Positions 19,926 to 29,707 are shown, numbered from the stretch's first letter. The stretch: DNA of 64,000 nucleotides from Gammaproteobacteria bacterium (GCA_965238175.1 CBDEGZ010000003.1:2528001-2592000); one strand, 5' to 3'. A program made the numbers and translations. The notes: generated by a model from the sequence alone, not told the origin.

Positions 19926-22002
19926 AGATCGGCAATATTACAGTAAAGACAACACCTTCCCCAGTATCTAGATTTTCGGCAAGTAAATCACCATGATGAA
20001 AGGTTGCAATCAATTTTGCCACATATAAACCTAAGCCAAGATGAGGTTCCCCCTGTACTTTATTGTCTCGGGCAGAGATCATAGAGTCAAATAAGTTCTG
20101 CTCAATTTTTTCTGGAATTTGTGATCCAAAATTAATGATTTCGATCAAAACATTTCCGCTTTTCTCATCCAGCCTCAAGATAATAGGTGTTTCTTTTTTT
20201 GCAAAGTCAATCGCATTAGAAACAAGTTTATCCAACATCTGAACGATTAAATCCGGTGCGCAAAGTATATTTGTATCCGTATTTGTCTCGCCTATTTCGA
20301 ACCTAAACTCCTGCTCAGGGTATGCGACGCGGTAGCCTTCAACGCAGCCCTTGAGTATCTTATTGATTTTAAATGGTTTTATTTCCGAAGACTGTAATGC
20401 CCCTTCAAGACGAGCCGCTTCACTTAGTCTTGTTACTAAGGTCTGTAGTCGTTTGATCCCTTCTTTTGCTCGATCAACATATACAGCAGCATCTTCCTCA
20501 TTATCTACCGTATCTAAGCTCTCTAACGACGACTGTACTACTGCCATAGGCGTTCTAAGCTCATGCGATAATTTACTGGCAAGACTCTCCAGATAATCAT
20601 TGTATTGTTTAAGTCTTTCTAGCATGTCGGAATAATGCTGTGACAGATCACCCAACTCGTCATTCCAGGGTTTTCCTACATGTGTACGCGTAACACGCCC
20701 TTGCTCATCAATGGCCTGATCTGCTTCGCGACTTAACCGTCGGATCCGACTTAATAGACTTGATGCAAATGCGAGCAATAACAAGGTTACAACAACAAAA
20801 ACGACTAATGACTGAGTAAACAATTCGCTCATCGCTTTACGTTGGACCGTCTGAATATTGCCGGTTGTTTCTTCAGCAACAACGGCTCCAATAATTTCGG
20901 TTCCTGAAATGATAGGTTTTGCAGCTGTGACTACCGCAGCTTTACCATCTGGTGATGACCTCCAGCGGATCCCCGTTTCGCCTTTTAATGCAGCGGTAAC
21001 ATCTTCACCACGTAGTCGCGAAGCACCTTTCAAATCATCCTTAAAACGCGAGCTTGCAGAAGGGAAAATCCATGCATAAAAACGATTAAGTGTTTGACGA
21101 TAGGTCTTGTTTTTCAAATCTCCTTTACTGGCCAAAACATGTCCAGCAATATCTAAAACCCAAATACGTCTACCTTCAGCAACGTCCAACTTATCAATTG
21201 CCGAGCCTATATCATCAGAAGCTCTTACTAATAAGTTAGTTTGTTGTTCTCCAGAAGTCCTTACCTTACCCGTAATCTTTCGTAGAGACGGATCATCAAC
21301 ATCTGTGATCGTAATTCCTAACTTTTGATCGACGATACGTGATGGGATCTTCAACTCCAACCTGTAACCCGCCGGTGTCTCCTGCCAGACACCACTAATA
21401 TTGGTCACAGATCTTGGAATGGGTTGTTCTTCCCAAATATCTTCGTTCCAAATCATCCCTTGCTCATAGGCGCTAATTTTTCCAGGTGCGGAAGGTGCAA
21501 TCCAATAATGCTTTAGTTCACCATCACTATTTTCAAGGAATAGTTCTATTTGATCACTTTCATTATTGAATGGACTTTCAGGTCTTTGATAAATAAGTCG
21601 ATCATCTTCTGCTTGTAGCAAAATATATAAATATCCAGCTTGTTCAGCGACAATGACTTTGCTGACTAAACTTCCCTCAGTAGATGATTTATTGTCCGCC
21701 CAATCCAACCATGCGCTCCACTCTTCGGCATAGCCATCAAGCTGTACGATCTGTTTCATAGGATGGACGAACAGAGGGATCGATTTTTCAGAACCATAGC
21801 CCACTTGAGGAAAAAGTGTTTCTCGCCCACTCAATAGGCCAGAAATATTGCTCGCCGTACCCGTCAATGATGTTTCTAAACCGTCGCGGAGGTAATGCTC
21901 CATCTCACGAACATATTGATAACCCATATAAGGCAAACTCAATACCGCAATGGATAATAATAATAATTTTTTTCTGATCGAAAAAGAGAATGGTTTTTTC
22001 AT
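19918..22002 (-). CDS. pdsS: proteobacterial dedicated sortase system histidine kinase
   Basis: SIRKKLLLLS...LPYMGYQYVREME, LDGY..EW, YLESLASKLSHELRTP, GEPHLGLGLY; TAATG coupling to pdsR. Confidence 0.8.
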   Translation of the reverse strand: MKKPFSFSIRKKLLLLSIAVLSLPYMGYQYVREMEHYLRDGLETSLTGTASNISGLLSGRETLFPQVGYGSEKSIPLFVHPMKQIVQLDGYAEEWSAWLDWADNKSSTEGSLVSKVIVAEQAGYLYILLQAEDDRLIYQRPESPFNNESDQIELFLENSDGELKHYWIAPSAPGKISAYEQGMIWNEDIWEEQPIPRSVTNISGVWQETPAGYRLELKIPSRIVDQKLGITITDVDDPSLRKITGKVRTSGEQQTNLLVRASDDIGSAIDKLDVAEGRRIWVLDIAGHVLASKGDLKNKTYRQTLNRFYAWIFPSASSRFKDDLKGASRLRGEDVTAALKGETGIRWRSSPDGKAAVVTAAKPIISGTEIIGAVVAEETTGNIQTVQRKAMSELFTQSLVVFVVVTLLLLAFASSLLSRIRRLSREADQAIDEQGRVTRTHVGKPWNDELGDLSQHYSDMLERLKQYNDYLESLASKLSHELRTPMAVVQSSLESLDTVDNEEDAAVYVDRAKEGIKRLQTLVTRLSEAARLEGALQSSEIKPFKINKILKGCVEGYRVAYPEQEFRFEIGETNTDTNILCAPDLIVQMLDKLVSNAIDFAKKETPIILRLDEKSGNVLIEIINFGSQIPEKIEQNLFDSMISARDNKVQGEPHLGLGLYVAKLIATFHHGDLLAENLDTGEGVVFTVILPIYG

Positions 22003-22703
22003 TAATGTACCGGTGTCGTATTCCAACGATATCCCATACCATAAACCGTTTCTATACAATCAAACGACTCATCTATCTTCTTGAATTTTTTACGAATACG
22101 TTTGATATGCGATGTAATCGTACTATCATCAACAATCACATTTGCATCCTGCATTAATTGATCACGATTTTTCACATGGCCAGGTCGCCGTACCAAACAA
22201 TGCACTATCCAAAACTCCGTCAAGGTCAGATCAATTGGCTGACTATTCCATGTAATATTGATCGCACTGGTATTAACCGATAATGGGCCAATTTGTAGAT
22301 CTGCATCGTCTTCTTGTGGAGCACTCAACGCCTCAATGCGGCGAAATAAAGCACTAATACGAGCCAGTAATTGTGGGAGGGTGACATCCTTGGTCATGTA
22401 ATCATCGGCCCCCAGACGTAGGCCAGAAACAGTATCAAAGTCACCATCCCTGGCGGTTAAAAACATGATCGGTAAAGTCCGTGACATAAATCGCAACTCA
22501 CGACATAACTCGAAACCGCCTTCCATATCATCATGTAAACCAATATCAAGAATGATCATATCCGGTAGACGCTCACGAAATGCACTAAGTGCTTCATCTC
22601 GCTCACCAAAACACGCCACTTCATAACCTTGTTTACGCAAGATCGCTGCATAGTTTTCTCGTAATGCAACTTCATCCTCAACAATTGCGATCCGTCTGGG
22701 CAT
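22002..22703 (-). CDS. pdsR: proteobacterial dedicated sortase system response regulator
   Basis: RIAIVEDE..LRENY, GGFELCRELR, LTLTEFWIVH, DDSTITSHIKRIRKKF. Confidence 0.85.
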   Translation of the reverse strand: MPRRIAIVEDEVALRENYAAILRKQGYEVACFGERDEALSAFRERLPDMIILDIGLHDDMEGGFELCRELRFMSRTLPIMFLTARDGDFDTVSGLRLGADDYMTKDVTLPQLLARISALFRRIEALSAPQEDDADLQIGPLSVNTSAINITWNSQPIDLTLTEFWIVHCLVRRPGHVKNRDQLMQDANVIVDDSTITSHIKRIRKKFKKIDESFDCIETVYGMGYRWNTTPVH

Positions 22704-22891
22704 TTACACATCACTCCTTAAGTATCTTCCTATATGGGTAATTTACACCCGATTTAATCTTTAATGCTAAGAACGGAACAATTTCCATAGTTTTGCCACA
22801 TTTCGTAACCAAATGGCCCTTTTCTACCCCTTTCAATACCAGATCTGCACGCTTAAATAGTCTTCGTCAAATAAATACGAGGAAATATATA

Positions 22892-23623
22892 ATGAAAAAA
22901 CGCCAATTAAACAAAACACTTTTACCATTGTTAATCTCTAGTGCGTTAATCAATCCCGCATTAGCAGCAGAGAATATTTATGATCGTGATCACGCATCTA
23001 CAAAAGAGACCGGCGGCTTTGGTCTTGGTTTAATCCTTGGTGGTCTTTTAGGCGGCCCTCCTGGCGCAATTGTAGGTGCTGCCGGTGGCAGCTGGTTAGG
23101 TCATCATGATACTAACCGCACCGATATGATTGCCACACTGGACAAAAAGTTGATCGAGAGAAACGAGCTGATAACAAAACTTGAAACTGAACTTAGCGCT
23201 ACCGAGACTGAGTTAACAAATGCAATCCACCAATTAAGCGATGAACAGCACAACGCAAAATTAGACTATCTTCAAAAAGGTCTGACAACGACGGTTTATT
23301 TCCGATCAGCAGATACGAATTTACCCGCCAGTAATGCCTACCGACTCGAACAATTAGCTGATCTTTTACAAGAATTTTCAAATATCAACATTAGCATGGA
23401 AGGCCATACTGACATTCGTGGTGATGCTGAATACAACCGACATCTTAGTGAACTACGAATCGATACGGTACAGCAACTGCTCGAAAGCGCTGGAATTTCG
23501 TCTGACAAAATTCACTGTCAGGCCTATGGCGAATCAAAAGCAATGGCAATGGAAGGTGATAACGAAAATTATGTTTTTGATCGACGAGTCTCAATCCATA
23601 TCTCACTATCTGAGGCAAGTTAA
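22892..23623 (+). CDS. pdsO: sortase-associated OmpA-like protein
   Basis: signal peptide, GLLGGPPGAIVGAAGG glycine zipper, coiled coil, OmpA_C (GHTDIRG..EYN..LS..R, DRRV); divergent from pdsR. Confidence 0.8.
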   Translation: MKKRQLNKTLLPLLISSALINPALAAENIYDRDHASTKETGGFGLGLILGGLLGGPPGAIVGAAGGSWLGHHDTNRTDMIATLDKKLIERNELITKLETELSATETELTNAIHQLSDEQHNAKLDYLQKGLTTTVYFRSADTNLPASNAYRLEQLADLLQEFSNINISMEGHTDIRGDAEYNRHLSELRIDTVQQLLESAGISSDKIHCQAYGESKAMAMEGDNENYVFDRRVSIHISLSEAS

Positions 23624-23659
23624 GCGTCATTAACACTTCTGAATATCCCTCCAGCAACT

Positions 23660-23686
23660 TGCCGCCGGCTAACCGGCGGCTTTTTT
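23660..23686 (+). terminator. intrinsic terminator after pdsO
   Basis: GCCGCCGG-CTAA-CCGGCGGC-TTTTTT. Confidence 0.8.
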
Positions 23687-23699
23687 AGCGATTACTTCT

Positions 23700-23831
23700 A
23701 TGAAAAATAAAAGGCATTCTGATCAAGTACTCATTCTAAATGGATTTCTACGATACCTCATAACATCTGCATTTTGTGGACTGGCTTTTTCTCTGTTCCT
23801 CTCACTAATTATCTTCATGGTCATAGCCTGA
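23700..23831 (+). CDS. 43-aa membrane peptide, possibly the N-terminal remnant of a sortase target gene
   Basis: MKNKRHSDQVLILNGFLRYLITSAFCGLAFSLFLSLIIFMVIA*, directly after pdsO. Confidence 0.35.
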   Translation: MKNKRHSDQVLILNGFLRYLITSAFCGLAFSLFLSLIIFMVIA

Positions 23832-23872
23832 TAATTTAAATGCAGACAGACAGGTTTAGATCAAAATATTTC

Positions 23873-23899
23873 TAAACTTTTTCTGGGCATGTACGCTAA
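23873..23899 (+). promoter_or_regulatory. possible sigma28 (FliA) promoter
   Basis: TAAA-N15-TACGCTAA (5/8 match to GCCGATAA) upstream of a chemotaxis gene. Confidence 0.3.
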
Positions 23900-23935
23900 C
23901 TATGCATATCAATTAAATTCAGAGAACGCGAAGTC

Positions 23936-24838
23936 ATGGGCACAACTTCAGATCAGCCACCAGTTTCTTTATCTTCTAACGCCAAAAACGGAACAATCAC
24001 CGTCATGACGCTTTACATTGAAGACGCGTTGTATGCTATTCCTATTGAAAATGTAGTAAGTCTGAGCAAAGAAACTGATCATATTCAAGAACTGCCGATT
24101 AAAGCACCTGGCTTAATTGGTGTAAGTCACTATCAGAACAAAGTTGTTCCAGTTATTGATATTGCTCAACGTATTGGTATCAAGTCTGGGACGAAAGGCA
24201 AAAATGAGCTTATTGAAAAATTATCTGCCCGCGAACAAGAACACATCGATTGGCTTGATGCACTAGAAAGATCGATTAGTACTGGCGAAAAATTTGATCA
24301 AATACGCGATCATAAACTCTGCGATTTTGGAAAATGGTTGAATAAATTCGAACCACGCAACGAGTCTTTACAAGAAATCATGTCTCAATTCCAGGAACCG
24401 CATGAACATTTGCATAGTCTTGCTGATAAGTTACTGAGTACGTCAGCAACAAGTGAGCGTGGAAAAGAAGCCGCATTTGAAGAACTCAAGTTTGAACGAA
24501 TCACCACTTTAAAACGCCTGAGTTCACTGTTTAGCTATTCTCGTGAACAAGTCTCTGAAATGATGCGATCTATCTTGTTATATGTTACACGTGACGGAAT
24601 TACTCCAGCATATGCGATGTTAATTGATGAAGTCCACGATGCGCTAGATTACAACGTGAAAGATTGCTATTCCCCAAGCCAAGCCGGTTTTGAGTCGTTA
24701 CTTTCTACTGATCGATACATTAAAGCTGTTTTATCAGATAAAAACCAACCGAAGGCTATCTTATTAGATACAGATGAAATTCTTGAACAGGATCAAATAT
24801 CAGCAATAAAAAAGTCCGATTCTGAAGTCGCGGCTTAG
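23936..24838 (+). CDS. CheW-domain protein with an inserted CZB zinc-binding domain
   Basis: CheW start (YAIPIENV...GLIGV..YQNKVVPVID), then H..W, DHKLCDFGKW, EPHEHLH, then CheW end (AMLIDEV...LLD). Confidence 0.8.
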   Translation: MGTTSDQPPVSLSSNAKNGTITVMTLYIEDALYAIPIENVVSLSKETDHIQELPIKAPGLIGVSHYQNKVVPVIDIAQRIGIKSGTKGKNELIEKLSAREQEHIDWLDALERSISTGEKFDQIRDHKLCDFGKWLNKFEPRNESLQEIMSQFQEPHEHLHSLADKLLSTSATSERGKEAAFEELKFERITTLKRLSSLFSYSREQVSEMMRSILLYVTRDGITPAYAMLIDEVHDALDYNVKDCYSPSQAGFESLLSTDRYIKAVLSDKNQPKAILLDTDEILEQDQISAIKKSDSEVAA

Positions 24839-24849
24839 GCCTTACAATA

Positions 24850-24885
24850 AGCCTTGATAGCCTTGATAGCCTTGATAGCCTTGAT
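24850..24885. repeat. 9-bp tandem repeat x4
   Basis: AGCCTTGAT, four perfect copies. Confidence 0.9.
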
Positions 24886-24982
24886 TATATAAATCCTATA
24901 TCTAAATATAAGATATTACTTTGCCTGATAGCCATATTTTGTTGTAATAAGCTGGTGATAAAAATAACTATTTCAAATTAAC

Positions 24983-25363
24983 ATGCCATCAAGTTATGAA
25001 CGACTCGGTGGCGAAACGGAGTTAAGGGCACTGGTTGATCGATTCTATGATTACATGGATTCATTACCAGAAGCAGAAGCCCTTCGTGAGCTTCATCCTA
25101 AAGATTTACGTAGTGCGCGCGAGAAATTATTCATGTTTCTTAGTGGCTGGTTAGGTGGCCCTGATCGGTACATTGCTGCCTTTGGTCACCCGAGATTACG
25201 AGCCCGACACTTACCTTTTTCAATTGGGTTAGAAGAAAAAGAACAATGGATGTTTTGCATGCATAAAGCATTTGATGCAGCGGAGGTTGATAAGGCTTTT
25301 AAAGAGCAACTACTCTCAGCACTAAATCAAACTGCAACCCATATGATTAATAGATCAGAATAA
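24983..25363 (+). CDS. group II truncated haemoglobin
   Basis: YERLGGE..L..LVDRFY, FLSGWLGGP.RY, GHPRLRARH, W..CM, A.HMIN. Confidence 0.9.
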   Translation: MPSSYERLGGETELRALVDRFYDYMDSLPEAEALRELHPKDLRSAREKLFMFLSGWLGGPDRYIAAFGHPRLRARHLPFSIGLEEKEQWMFCMHKAFDAAEVDKAFKEQLLSALNQTATHMINRSE

Positions 25364-25427
25364 GACCCAACTGCTAAACATCTTAGAACCCACCCCTCTA
25401 TCAAAAATTTAAACGACTACTTTTACC

Positions 25428-26653
25428 TGTAGAAATTCAGATTTGATCTGACAGTTACCCAATTATCAGTAACCGACTGTCAGGTTAAGTTTAATTCACA
25501 AACTTTTCCTTCCAGATAGCTTGTCCGTCGATGAGTGTTTCCATCGGCGTCCTCCCGCAGCACATTTTGCCTTGGTGAGTTCGTTGAGTATTGTATTTGA
25601 GCAACCATTCGTCAAGGTCGAGTTGCAGTTCATCAATCGATTGGTAAATTTTCTTACGCAAAGCGACTTGATAAAACTCATTGAGGATCGTCTTATGGAA
25701 TCGCTCACAAATACCATTCGTCTGAGGTGATTTGACCTTGGTTTTGGTGTGTTCGATATTGTTCAACGCCATATAAAGCTGATAATCATGCTGGTCAGCT
25801 CGCCCACAATACTCCGTCCCTCTATCTGTCAAAATGCGCAACATAGGCAAACGTTGTTCTTCGTAGAATGGGAGGACGCGGTCATTGAGCATGTCAGCTG
25901 CCGTAATCGGTGTTTTAGTCGGGTACAGTTTCGCGTGAGCGACCTTGCTGTAAGTATCAACAAACGTTTGTTGATAAACCCGACCAATGCCTTTGAAAGT
26001 ACCGACATAGTAAGTATCTTGCGAGCCAAGATAACCAGGGTGTGCCGTCTCTATCTCGCCACAAGCCTCATCGTCGTCTTTCTTGCGTTCCATCGCCGCG
26101 ACTTGAGACTCAGTGAGGATCAAGCCTTCACCAGCTACCTTATCAGACAATGCCTTCAGGCGATCTTTAAAGCAAGCAAGACCATGACGAAGCCAGATAC
26201 AACGAACGCCACTGGGTGAGACAAATGTTCCCCGTTTGCGCAGCTCGTTACTGGTGCGCGTTTGACCATGTGCGGGCTCTTCCAGTGCATACTCGAGCAC
26301 AACGGTTTCAATAGCCGGGTCGATTCTGTTTTTAAGATTTGGGGTACGCCGATTACGATCAAACAAGGCTTCTACACCGCCTTCATCAGCCGCTTCTTTG
26401 TAGCGATAAAATGTATCTCTGGACAAACCCATCATCTTGCAGGCTTTTGAGACATTGCCGAGTTCTTCAGCGAGATTGAGTAGACCAACTTTATGTTTTA
26501 TAACTTTGTCATTAGTATGAATCATGAGAGTTACCTCTTTGTGTTTTGATGTTTACGTTGCAGTTACATCAAAGCGGGTAACTCTCACTAAATCAAGCGT
26601 CGCTACGCTCCGCTTGATTTAGTGATGTGTCAGATTGGGTCTAAACTTCTACA
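25428..26653 (-). mobile_element. IS481-family insertion sequence, copy 1 (1226 bp)
   Basis: TGT...ACA ends with 26-bp imperfect TIRs, flanked by the direct repeat TTTTACC (25421-25427, 26654-26660). Confidence 0.93.
25491..26525 (-). CDS. IS481-family DDE transposase
   Basis: LGNVSKACK HTH, PGYLGSQDT, LTDRGTEY, SPQTNGICERFH. Confidence 0.95.
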   Translation of the reverse strand: MIHTNDKVIKHKVGLLNLAEELGNVSKACKMMGLSRDTFYRYKEAADEGGVEALFDRNRRTPNLKNRIDPAIETVVLEYALEEPAHGQTRTSNELRKRGTFVSPSGVRCIWLRHGLACFKDRLKALSDKVAGEGLILTESQVAAMERKKDDDEACGEIETAHPGYLGSQDTYYVGTFKGIGRVYQQTFVDTYSKVAHAKLYPTKTPITAADMLNDRVLPFYEEQRLPMLRILTDRGTEYCGRADQHDYQLYMALNNIEHTKTKVKSPQTNGICERFHKTILNEFYQVALRKKIYQSIDELQLDLDEWLLKYNTQRTHQGKMCCGRTPMETLIDGQAIWKEKFVN

Positions 26654-26661
26654 TTTTACCT

Positions 26662-27654
26662 TTAGTGACCTTGTTTTTTTGGGGTAATAAAACGTGCACC
26701 AAGCTTTCGCGCCTGCTCCACCCAGTTTTCTTGTCTAACCTTTCCTGAAAAATCAAACAATTGATCAAAGCGATCAATATCACCGTTATCCCAGGCTGCA
26801 ATGTCTCGATAACGTGTAACACCCATTTCATATAACTTCGTTTCTAATACGCTACCAATGCCTTTAATCTGTTGAAGATCATCAAACTGCTTCGATATGT
26901 CAGTTATTTTGTCATTATCCGCCGGGTATTCCTTAACCGTGATCGAACCTTTTAACTTTTCTATTTCCTGATCTTTTAGATTTACTTCATCAAAAAGTTC
27001 TTGAACTCTGGTTTGCAATCTCGCTATTCGCGAAACTGCAAGTTCAGGCTCCGCGTTTTCATTCAAACTTAGAACGGCCATGTTCGAATTGTCGGTGGGT
27101 TTTGATTCAAGTTCTGCTAAACGTTTATCTTTATTGGTTAATTCTAGCCGTGCATGTTCCAGGGCATTTTTTAATATTCCGCTCTGTTGAACAATTTCCT
27201 CCAGATCGCTTTCAAAAATTAACATTCTATTTTTTACCAAATCAAATTCATTCGTCAATTGTTGATTTTTTTTGTGCTGCTGTTCAAGATCCAGTTCAGC
27301 TTTTTGAATTTGCTGACTAGCCTCTTCAAGTGATTGGCTTAATTCTAATACTTTCTGATCTTGTGCTTTAGATTGATTCTGAAATGACGATAGCTTAGAA
27401 CTCAATTCTCGAACTTCATTAGCGTCATCTAGTCGTTGTGATTTTTCCTTTTCAAGTGTGATCTTTGATTCCACCAACAGGACTTGAGTCTCATCTAATT
27501 GCTTGTTCGCATCATAAAGCTGCCCATAAACATTGACTTCAACATCTTCAATTTTTCGTTTCCAAGATGCACGCGTAAATAACCAGCCAATAAGAACCCC
27601 AAATAACGCGATACCAATTAGATATACAATCATCTCAACAATCAGAAAACTCAT
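26662..27654 (-). CDS. membrane-anchored coiled-coil protein with a C-terminal helix-hairpin-helix (COG3743-like) domain
   Basis: N-terminal TM, long coiled coil, DDLQQIKGIGSVLETKL...GV..Y.DIAAW...WVEQA. Confidence 0.75.
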   Translation of the reverse strand: MSFLIVEMIVYLIGIALFGVLIGWLFTRASWKRKIEDVEVNVYGQLYDANKQLDETQVLLVESKITLEKEKSQRLDDANEVRELSSKLSSFQNQSKAQDQKVLELSQSLEEASQQIQKAELDLEQQHKKNQQLTNEFDLVKNRMLIFESDLEEIVQQSGILKNALEHARLELTNKDKRLAELESKPTDNSNMAVLSLNENAEPELAVSRIARLQTRVQELFDEVNLKDQEIEKLKGSITVKEYPADNDKITDISKQFDDLQQIKGIGSVLETKLYEMGVTRYRDIAAWDNGDIDRFDQLFDFSGKVRQENWVEQARKLGARFITPKKQGH

Positions 27655-27664
27655 AGCTGATCCT

Positions 27665-29158
27665 CTATTCCAATTCTATTCGCAATCTATTTTCCACCCG
27701 AAACTGATTTCCCAAATTTGACACTGCAACATCAAACGCCTCAATAGCCCTTCGACTCTCCACAATTCCTTTAACAATGATCTGTTTATTTTTATATCGT
27801 AATTGCCCTTCTTCGACCCACTGAAAAAAGGGTACTAACAAAGGCAAGTTACCATTATACCAGTCAGGTATACTTTCACCCTCATCAATAGCAACCTCAA
27901 AGAAATCCTCTGGTATAGACACATACTGCTCCAGTTTAGCACGAAGCGTATCTTGTATATAAATCGTTGGCACTACTCCAGTGACTTCGATACGTTCTTT
28001 AACCTTGTTGATCAAAAAGACCTGTTGAGTAATTTCATTCAAACTCTCAACATAAGTATTTTTGATCGGCCAATATAATCCTTTTGTGTGTTCGACTTGC
28101 ACAATTGAATTTCTGTTCTGTCGAGCTTGATACGCTTGGATAGTTTCCTTATTGACAATCATATGCTCAACGTTATACGGATCAAACCTTATAACTTCGC
28201 CACTATTCTTCAACGGCCAGAATGTCTTTTCTGGATGCTCAACTTGGAGTGTTGGTACAAATTTTCGTTGTGAAAGATAAGCATTTATCTCATCACCTTT
28301 GACGAGCATTGGTTGAGTGACTTCTTGATCAAACCGTATGGGAGCTTCACCATTAATCTTCAGCGGCCAGAATGCATAACTCGGATGTTGAACCTGGACA
28401 GTAGGTATATATTGATTCTGCGAGAGGTAAGCAATAATTACCTCACCATCAACGATGCTATTTTCAAATTGAAGTGTTGGAGAAAGACTTTCTTTTACCA
28501 TTGGCCAAAAAACTTCTTCTGGGTGTAGAATTTGATCAATCCGTGTCTGTCTATCACGGCTTTGATAAGCATCATCAACTGATCTATCAATAACCAGATG
28601 ATAACGATTTAAACTTTCCGAGACTGGAGGATACAACTTCTCCTTCTGCTCATATTTTTTGTCATGCTTTGAAACTTTTAAACTGTCATCATTACGCTTA
28701 TTTTGTAAAAAGGATTCGATAAGGCCACCTTTTACGATATCATATTCCGCTAAAGGACGACTTGCTTCCGAGAGAAAATATTCTCCGACAACTCTTTTTT
28801 CTGGCCAACGAGTTACTTCAGGATGCAACACCTGTCCAGATAAAGTGACGCCGAGGTTAGATTCTTGTTGTTCAAAAACTTGTTTCAACTTTCCTTTTGA
28901 TCTTTTTTCTAAAAGTTCACCTGGCAACTTAACACCAGAGACAGCTTCAGCAACGGCGTAGGCTTGATCAAGCATTTCTTCAGGACCTGTTAACTGAAGA
29001 TCACGACCATCCATTTGAACACGTACCTCAGATAATCCTTCATCTACAAGCGCCAGGACAACATCACTGTGTAATTTCTGTTCTATTTTGGTAGATTTAT
29101 TTTGAACCCCTATATATAGAATGATAGGTAAGAAAAGAAGAAGAAACCAGCGCGTCAA
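27665..29158 (-). CDS. membrane-anchored protein with BON-like ends and internal HP/WP repeats
   Basis: N-terminal TM, VRVQMDGRDLQLTG...A.AVSGV, repeated QVxHPxxxFWP units, C-terminal ..VTGVVP...VKG.V...VENRLRI. Confidence 0.65.
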   Translation of the reverse strand: MTRWFLLLFLPIILYIGVQNKSTKIEQKLHSDVVLALVDEGLSEVRVQMDGRDLQLTGPEEMLDQAYAVAEAVSGVKLPGELLEKRSKGKLKQVFEQQESNLGVTLSGQVLHPEVTRWPEKRVVGEYFLSEASRPLAEYDIVKGGLIESFLQNKRNDDSLKVSKHDKKYEQKEKLYPPVSESLNRYHLVIDRSVDDAYQSRDRQTRIDQILHPEEVFWPMVKESLSPTLQFENSIVDGEVIIAYLSQNQYIPTVQVQHPSYAFWPLKINGEAPIRFDQEVTQPMLVKGDEINAYLSQRKFVPTLQVEHPEKTFWPLKNSGEVIRFDPYNVEHMIVNKETIQAYQARQNRNSIVQVEHTKGLYWPIKNTYVESLNEITQQVFLINKVKERIEVTGVVPTIYIQDTLRAKLEQYVSIPEDFFEVAIDEGESIPDWYNGNLPLLVPFFQWVEEGQLRYKNKQIIVKGIVESRRAIEAFDVAVSNLGNQFRVENRLRIELE

Positions 29159-29306
29159 TATTATATCTCCATGATTGCTTTTACGTTAATTATCTGTGGG
29201 ATTTTGACACATGACGTCCTTACGTTATAGTGCTGTGTTAGATATTACAATTCAATTCCACCCAAAAAAACCCAAAAAATCACCTTGAATTCTATTTTCA
29301 AGATGA

Positions 29307-29335
29307 TTGACTCCCAACATAGACTAGCTTAAAGT
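29307..29335 (+). promoter_or_regulatory. sigma70 promoter of the B12 operon
   Basis: TTGACT-N17-TAAAGT immediately upstream of the riboswitch. Confidence 0.55.
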
Positions 29336-29342
29336 TTCAATC

Positions 29343-29520
29343 GCTCGCGGCACCCAGATAATGGGTTAAATGGGAAGTCGGTCAAATTCCGACGCTGCCC
29401 CCGCAACGGTAGGTGAGTAAAACTGGATCTAAATGTCACTGTGTTAGCTATAAAACATGGGAAGGCGATTCAGTTAGATAATTAAATATCTCCTCACAAG
29501 CCCGGAGACCAACCATGAGC
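29343..29520 (+). ncRNA. cobalamin riboswitch
   Basis: AAATGGGAAGTCGGTCAAATTCCGACGCTGCCCCCGCAACGGTA, CACTG...GGGAAGG, AGCCCGGAGACC B12-box; upstream of a TonB-dependent receptor. Confidence 0.92.
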
Positions 29521-29707
29521 ATTACAAAAAAGTCGCGGTGGGCGATGATTAGTGATGCTATATTTGTTCTTTAAATTTACTTTCTTTAAGAAAGCCTTAA
29601 TAAGAATCAAATCGATCCTCTAGCTAATCTAACCATCCTCCCCACCGCTTAATAAAATCAAAACAATACTGTTCAAATTCGGGTTGGAATTTGAGTGGGA
29701 GGAATCA

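Noticed and set aside
22782-22820. TT(T/G)CCA repeats 11 bp apart as a PdsR operator
   Set aside because: only two convincing units; plausible but too weak to call
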